Shown here in pieces: positions 58,701 to 64,000 of a stretch of DNA of 64,000 nucleotides (position 1 is its first letter; each line of letters begins with the position of its first letter). Origin of the DNA: the human T2T-CHM13v2.0 reference genome, Homo sapiens; assembly GCF_009914755.1 (NCBI RefSeq), contig NC_060926.1. One strand, written 5' to 3'. Both the position numbers and the translations under genes were made by a program. Under the pieces are notes generated by a model. That model was not told the DNA's origin and ran no database searches. It worked only from the letters and a program-made list of their open reading frames with translations.

Positions 58701-61700
58701 AATTCAATTCCATGATGATTCCATTTCATTCCATTTAATGATGATTCCATTCGAGTCCATTCTATGATTCCTTTCTATTCCATTCGTTGATTCCATTCAA
58801 TTCCATTCGATGATGATTGCATTCGACTACATTCGATGATTCCAATCGATTCCATCCGATGATTGGAGTCCATTCGGTGATTCCTTTAGATTCCACTCAA
58901 AGACGATTCCATTCAATTCCATTCCATGATACCATTCGATTCCATTCATTGATGATTCCATTTGATTCCATTTGATGATTCCATTTATTCCATTCGATGA
59001 TGATTCCATTCCATTCCATTTGATGATTCCATTCCATTCCATCAGATGTTGATTCCATTCGTGTCCACTTGATGATTCCATTCTTTTCCATTCGACGATG
59101 ATTCCATTCGATTCCATTCGATGATTCCATTCGATTCCATTCGATGATTCCATTCGAGTACATTCGATGATTCCACTCGATTCCATACGATGATGTTTCC
59201 ATTGGAGTCCATTTGGCGATTCCTTTAGGTTCCACTCGAAGATGATTCCATTTGATTCCATTCGATTATACCATTCGATTCCATTCATTGATGATTCCAT
59301 TCAAGTGCATTTGATGATACCATTCGATTCCATTCGATGATGATTCCATTCGTTTCCATTTGATTATTCCATTCTATTCCATTCAGTGATGATTCCATTA
59401 GAGTCAGTTCGATGATTCCGTTGGATTCCATTTGATGATGATTCCATTCAGTGATTCCATTCAATTCCTTTTGATAATGATTCCAATCGATTCCATTCGA
59501 TGTTGATTCCATGGGATTCCATTCTATGATTTCATTCGATTGCATTACACAATGACTCCATTCGATTCCATTTGATGATTCCATTCGATTCTATTTGATG
59601 ATGATTCCATTTGATTCCATTTGATGATGATTGCATTCTATTCAATTCGATGATGATTCCATTTGGGTCCATTAGATGATTCCATACGATTCCATTCGAT
59701 GACGATTCCATTCTATTTCATTCAATGATGATTCCATTCGGGTCCATTATATGATTCCATTCGATTCCATTTGATGATGATTCCATTCGTGTCCATTCGA
59801 TGATTCCATTCTTCTCCATTCAATGATGATTACATTCAAGTCTATTCGCTGATACTATTAGAGTCCATTGAATGATTGCTTTTGATTCCATTCGATGCTG
59901 ATTCCATTCCATTCCATTCCATTACATTCCATTCCATTCGATGATGATTCCATTCGATACCCTTCTATGATTCCTTTAGATTTCATTTCGTGCTGATTCC
60001 ATTCAATTTCATTCAAAGATTCTATGCGAATCCATTCAATGATGATTCCATTCGATTCCATTTAATGATTCCGTTTGATTTCATTTGATGATGATTCCAT
60101 TTGATTCCATTAGGTGATTCCATTCAATGATGGTTACATTCGAGTCCACTCAATGATTCCTTTCTACTCTATTTGATGATGATTCCATGTGAGGGCATTC
60201 AACGGTGATTCATTTGGATACCATTTGATGATTCCATTCAATTCCATTCAATGATTATTGCATTCGATTCCATTCGATGATTCCATTTGATTCCATTCAA
60301 AGATGATTCCATTCGATTCCATTTGATAATTCCATGCGATTCCATTGGATCGTTCCAATGGATTCCATTTGATGATGATTCCATTTTTGTCCATTCGACG
60401 ATTCCATTCAATTCCATCAGATGATGATTCCATTCGAGTGAATTCGATGTTTCCAATCAATTCCATTCAATGATGCTTCCATTTAAGGCTGTCTGATGAC
60501 TCTATTCATTTCCAATCTACAATGATTCCCTTTGAGTCCTTTTGAAGATTTGATTCGAGTCCTTTCGATGATCCCATTCGATTCCATTCGAGGATGATTC
60601 CGTTCGAGTCCATTTGACGCGTCCCTTCGAGTACATTTGATGATTCCATTCGAGTCCAACTGATGATTCCATTCAATTCCATTCTGTGATGTTTCCGTAT
60701 GATTCCATTCGATGATGATTCCATGTGATTCCTTTCGATGATGATTCATTTTAATTGCATTTGATTATGATTCATTTCCAGTTCATTCGACGATTCCACA
60801 CGATTCCATTCGATGATGATTCCATTCGAGTGTATTTGATGATTCCTTTCGATTCCATTAGAAGATGATTCCATTTGATTCCGTTTATTGGTGATCCCAT
60901 TCAATTCCATTCAATGATTCCATTCCATTCCATTCAACAATGATTCCATGTGATTCCATTTGATGATTCCTTCCGCTTGATTCCATTTGATGATGATTCC
61001 ATTCGATTCCATTCGATGATGATTGCCTTCAATTCCATTCGATGATTCCATTCGATTCCATTCGATAACGATTCGGTTTTATTCCATTTGATGATTCCAT
61101 TCGAGTCCATTCGATGATTCCATTCGATTCCATTTGATGATGATTCCATTTGAGTCCATTCGATGATTCCATTCGAGTCCATTCAATGATTCCATTCATT
61201 CGAGTCCATTTGATGATTCCATTCGATTCCATTTTATGATTATTCCATTCGTGTCCATTAGATGATTCCATTCGAGTCCATTCAATAATTCCATTCTATT
61301 CCTTTCGATGATTCCATTCGATTGTATTTGATGTTTCCATTCGAGTCCATTTGATCATTCATTCGTGTCCATTCGATGACTCCATTCGATTCCATTTGAC
61401 GATGATCCCATTTGATGATGATTCCATTCGTGTCCATTCAATGTTTTTGTTCTATTCCATTCAATGAGGATTCCCTTCAAATCCATTTGATGATTGTATT
61501 CAAGTCCATTCAGTGATTGCTTTCGATTCCATTCGATATTGATTCCCTTTGATTCCATTCGATGAGGATTCCATTCGTTGTCATTCTAGGATTCCATTCG
61601 ATTCCATTTGATGTTGATTGCATTTGATTCCATTTGATTATTCTATTCGATTATTTTTGATGACGATTCCATTCGATTCCATTCACTGATTCCAGTTCAT

Positions 61701-62226
61701 TACAGTTGATGATGACTCCTTTCGATTCCATTTGATGATTCCATTTGATTCCAATCGATGTTGATTCCATTCGAGTCCATTCGATGATTCCTTTCGATTC
61801 CATTCAATGATGATTCCATTCGAGTCCATTCAATGGTGATTCCACTGGATTCCATTCGGTGATGCCATTCGATTCCGTTCGATGATTGCATTCGATTCCA
61901 TTTGATGATTCCCTTCGATTCCATTCAAAGTTTATTCCGTTCGAGTCCGTTTGATAATTCCATTCGATTCCATTCTCCGATGATTCCACTGGAGTCCTTT
62001 CGATGATTCCATTCAATTCCAGTTGATGATGATTCCATTCGATTCCATTTGATGATTCCCTTCGATTCCATTCAAAGTTTATTCCATTCGAGTCCATTTG
62101 ATAATTCCATTCGATTCCATTCTCCGATGATTCCACTGGAGTCCGTTCGATGATTCCATTCAATTCCAGTTGATGATGATTTCATTCGAGTCCATTCAAT
62201 GATTTCATTGGATTCCATTTGATGAT
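55710..62226 (+). repeat. Complete macro-repeat unit, 6517 bp
   Basis: 6445 +98 -15 -10 -1 = 6517, which matches the indels seen. Confidence 0.88.
57173..57368 (+). repeat. 98-bp internal tandem duplication (same event as at 26 kb)
   Basis: Same duplication at 57173/57271, sharing the derived GAAGATG and ATTAAAGTCG variants in the second copy. Confidence 0.88.
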
Positions 62227-64000
62227 GACTCCTTCCGGTTCCATTCCATGATGATTCCATTCGGTTCCATTAGATAGTGATTCCATTCAAGTCCATTCGA
62301 TGATTCCATTCGATTCCATTCGATGATGATTCCATTCCGGTCCATTCGATGATTCCTTTAGATTCCACTTGATTTTGTTTCCATTTGAGTCCATTTGATT
62401 ATTCCCTTGGAATGCATTCCATGATTCCTTTCGATTCCATTTGATGTTGCTTCCATTCGAGTCCATTCGATGATTCCATTTGATTTCATTCAATGATGAT
62501 TCGATTCAATTCCGTTCGATGATTCCATTTGATTCCATTCGATGACAACTCCATTGGAGTCCATTCGATGATTCCTTTCGAGTCCATTTGATGATTCTAT
62601 TTGGTTCCATTCGATGATGATTCCTTTGAATTCCATTCGTTGATGATTCCATTCGATTCCATTCGATGATGATTCCATTCAATTGCATTCGATGATGATT
62701 CCATTCGATTCCATTCGATGATGATTCCATTCGGTTTCATTCGATGATTCTATTCAATTCCTTTCTATGATTATTCAATTCTTTTCCATTTGATGATTCC
62801 ATGTGATTCCATTTGATGATGATTCCATTCGTTTGCATTCGATTATGATTCCATTCAGGTCCATTCAAAGATTCCATTCGATTCCATTCTATGTTGATTG
62901 CATTTGAGTTCATTTGACGATTCCATTCGACTCCATTCGATGATGATTCCATTCGTTGATATTCAATGATTCCATTCGATTCCATTTGCTGATGATTCCA
63001 TTCGACTCCATTGAATGATTCCATTCGATTCCATTCAGTGAGGATTCCATTCGTGTCCATTTGATGATTCTGTTCAATTCCATTCGATGATGATTCCTCT
63101 CAAATCCATTTGATGATTCCATTCGAGTACATTCGATTATTCCATTTGATTTTATTTGATGATGATTCCATTCGATGCCATTCGATGATTCCATTCGATT
63201 CCATTCAATGGTGATTCCATTCGATGTCATTCGATGATTCCATTCAATCCTATTTGATGATGATTCCATTCGTGTCCATTCGATGATTCCATTCGTTTCC
63301 ATTCGATGATGATTCCATTTCAATCCATTCGATGATTCCTATCGATTCCATTGGATGACTCCGTTCAATCCCATTCGATGTTTCCCTTCGATTGTCTTTG
63401 ATGATCATTCCATTCGATTCAATTTGGTGATTCCATTCGATGATGATTCCGTTCGATTCCATTCGATGAGGATTCCATTCGATTCCATTTGATGATGATT
63501 CCATTCAATTCCATTTGACGATGATTCCATTCGAGTCCATTTCATGATTCCATTCGATTCCATTTGATGATGATTCCACTCAAGCCCATTTGATTATTCC
63601 ATTCGAGTCCATTCAATGATTCCATTAGATTCCATTCGATGATGATTCCATTCGAGTCCATTCGATGATTCCATTGGATTTCATTCAATGATGATTCCTT
63701 TCAGGTCCATTAGATGATTCCATTAGATTCCATTTGATGATGACTCCATTAGATTCCATTCTTTGATTGCATTCGATTCCATTCGATGATGATTCTATTC
63801 GAGTCCATTCGTTGATTCCATTCGATTCCATTCAATGATGATTCCATTCGAGTCCAATCGATGATTACAGTCGATTCCATTCGATGATGATTCCCCTCGA
63901 GTGCATTCGATGATTCCACTCGAGTCCATTCGATGATTTCCTTAGATTCCATTCAATGATGATTCCACTCAATGCAATTCAATGACTAAATTCTTTTCCA
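62227..64000 (+). repeat. Partial macro-repeat unit cut by the window end
   Basis: Landmarks run in the normal order to AATGACTAAA at ~63981. This copy retains the 98-bp CTTTCAGGTCCATTAG block. Confidence 0.85.

Larger units (their letters stand above)
1..64000 (+). repeat. Human satellite II (HSat2/HSATII)-type pericentromeric satellite array, CATTC strand on +
   Basis: The sequence is continuous degenerate (CATTC)n, dominated by CATTCGATTC, GATGAT(GAT)TCC and CATTCGAGTC in ~23/26-bp blocks. CpG-containing CATTCGATTC is the established HSat2 signature, whereas HSat3 is mostly pure CATTCCATTC. A ~6 kb period is compatible with HSat2B-like arrays, but subfamily, chromosome and species (human vs other great ape) cannot be fixed from sequence alone. 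Confidence 0.96.

Noticed and set aside
120-63952. Hundreds of minus-strand ORFs of 60-174 aa (MESNGIIEW-like)
   Set aside because: They are translations of the GAATG-rich strand, which has many ATGs and few stops. They overlap in all three frames, are low-complexity, repeat with the satellite, and are broken at random between copies. There is no evidence of coding function.
1-64000. CRISPR-like repeat/spacer or other prokaryotic repeat system
   Set aside because: There are no unique spacers, no constant direct repeat and no associated genes; all sequence derives from the pentamer.
1-64000. HSat3 / DYZ1, alpha satellite or telomeric repeat identity
   Set aside because: Pure CATTC runs are short and local while CATTCGATTC dominates. 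There is no 171-bp monomer, CENP-B box or TTAGGG array.
1-64000. Inversions or inserted Alu/L1/ERV elements
   Set aside because: I saw no switch to GAATG on the + strand, no poly(A) tail and no non-satellite stretch. Distinctive GC-rich words such as GCGAGGGC and GGCTGTCTG are recurring unit landmarks.

Overview
The whole 64 kb is one uninterrupted, single-orientation array of classical primate satellite DNA, human satellite II (HSat2/HSATII) type. It is made of degenerate CATTC pentamers in the CATTCGATTC / GATGATTCCATTCGAGTC pattern, with CATTC on the + strand throughout. I see no gene, RNA gene, transposon, CRISPR array or unique sequence. All listed ORFs are artefacts of reading the stop-poor (GAATG)n strand. 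The real structure is a macro-repeat of about 6.3-6.5 kb. Tracking the landmark GACTCCTTCCGGTTCC (275, 9161, 18075, 24520, 31063, 37370, 42093, 47717, 50124, 55710, 62227) gives spacings of 8886, 8914, 6445, 6543, 6307, 4723, 5624, 2407, 5586 and 6517 bp. The 6543, 6307, 5586 and 6517 lengths can be derived exactly from the 6445 bp unit by a small set of indels: a 98-bp duplication, a 147-bp duplication, a 49-bp deletion, a variable (CCATT)n tract, 1-10 bp indels and one 692-bp deletion. The window also holds a near-identical 4723-bp tandem duplication, a ~31 kb offset similarity between two blocks, two interleaved unit lineages with chimeras, and an invariant DUX4-like motif once per unit. 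I found no new coding or biological system. What deserves a second look is the satellite's structural evolution. All coordinates were read by eye, so junctions are approximate to tens of bp.
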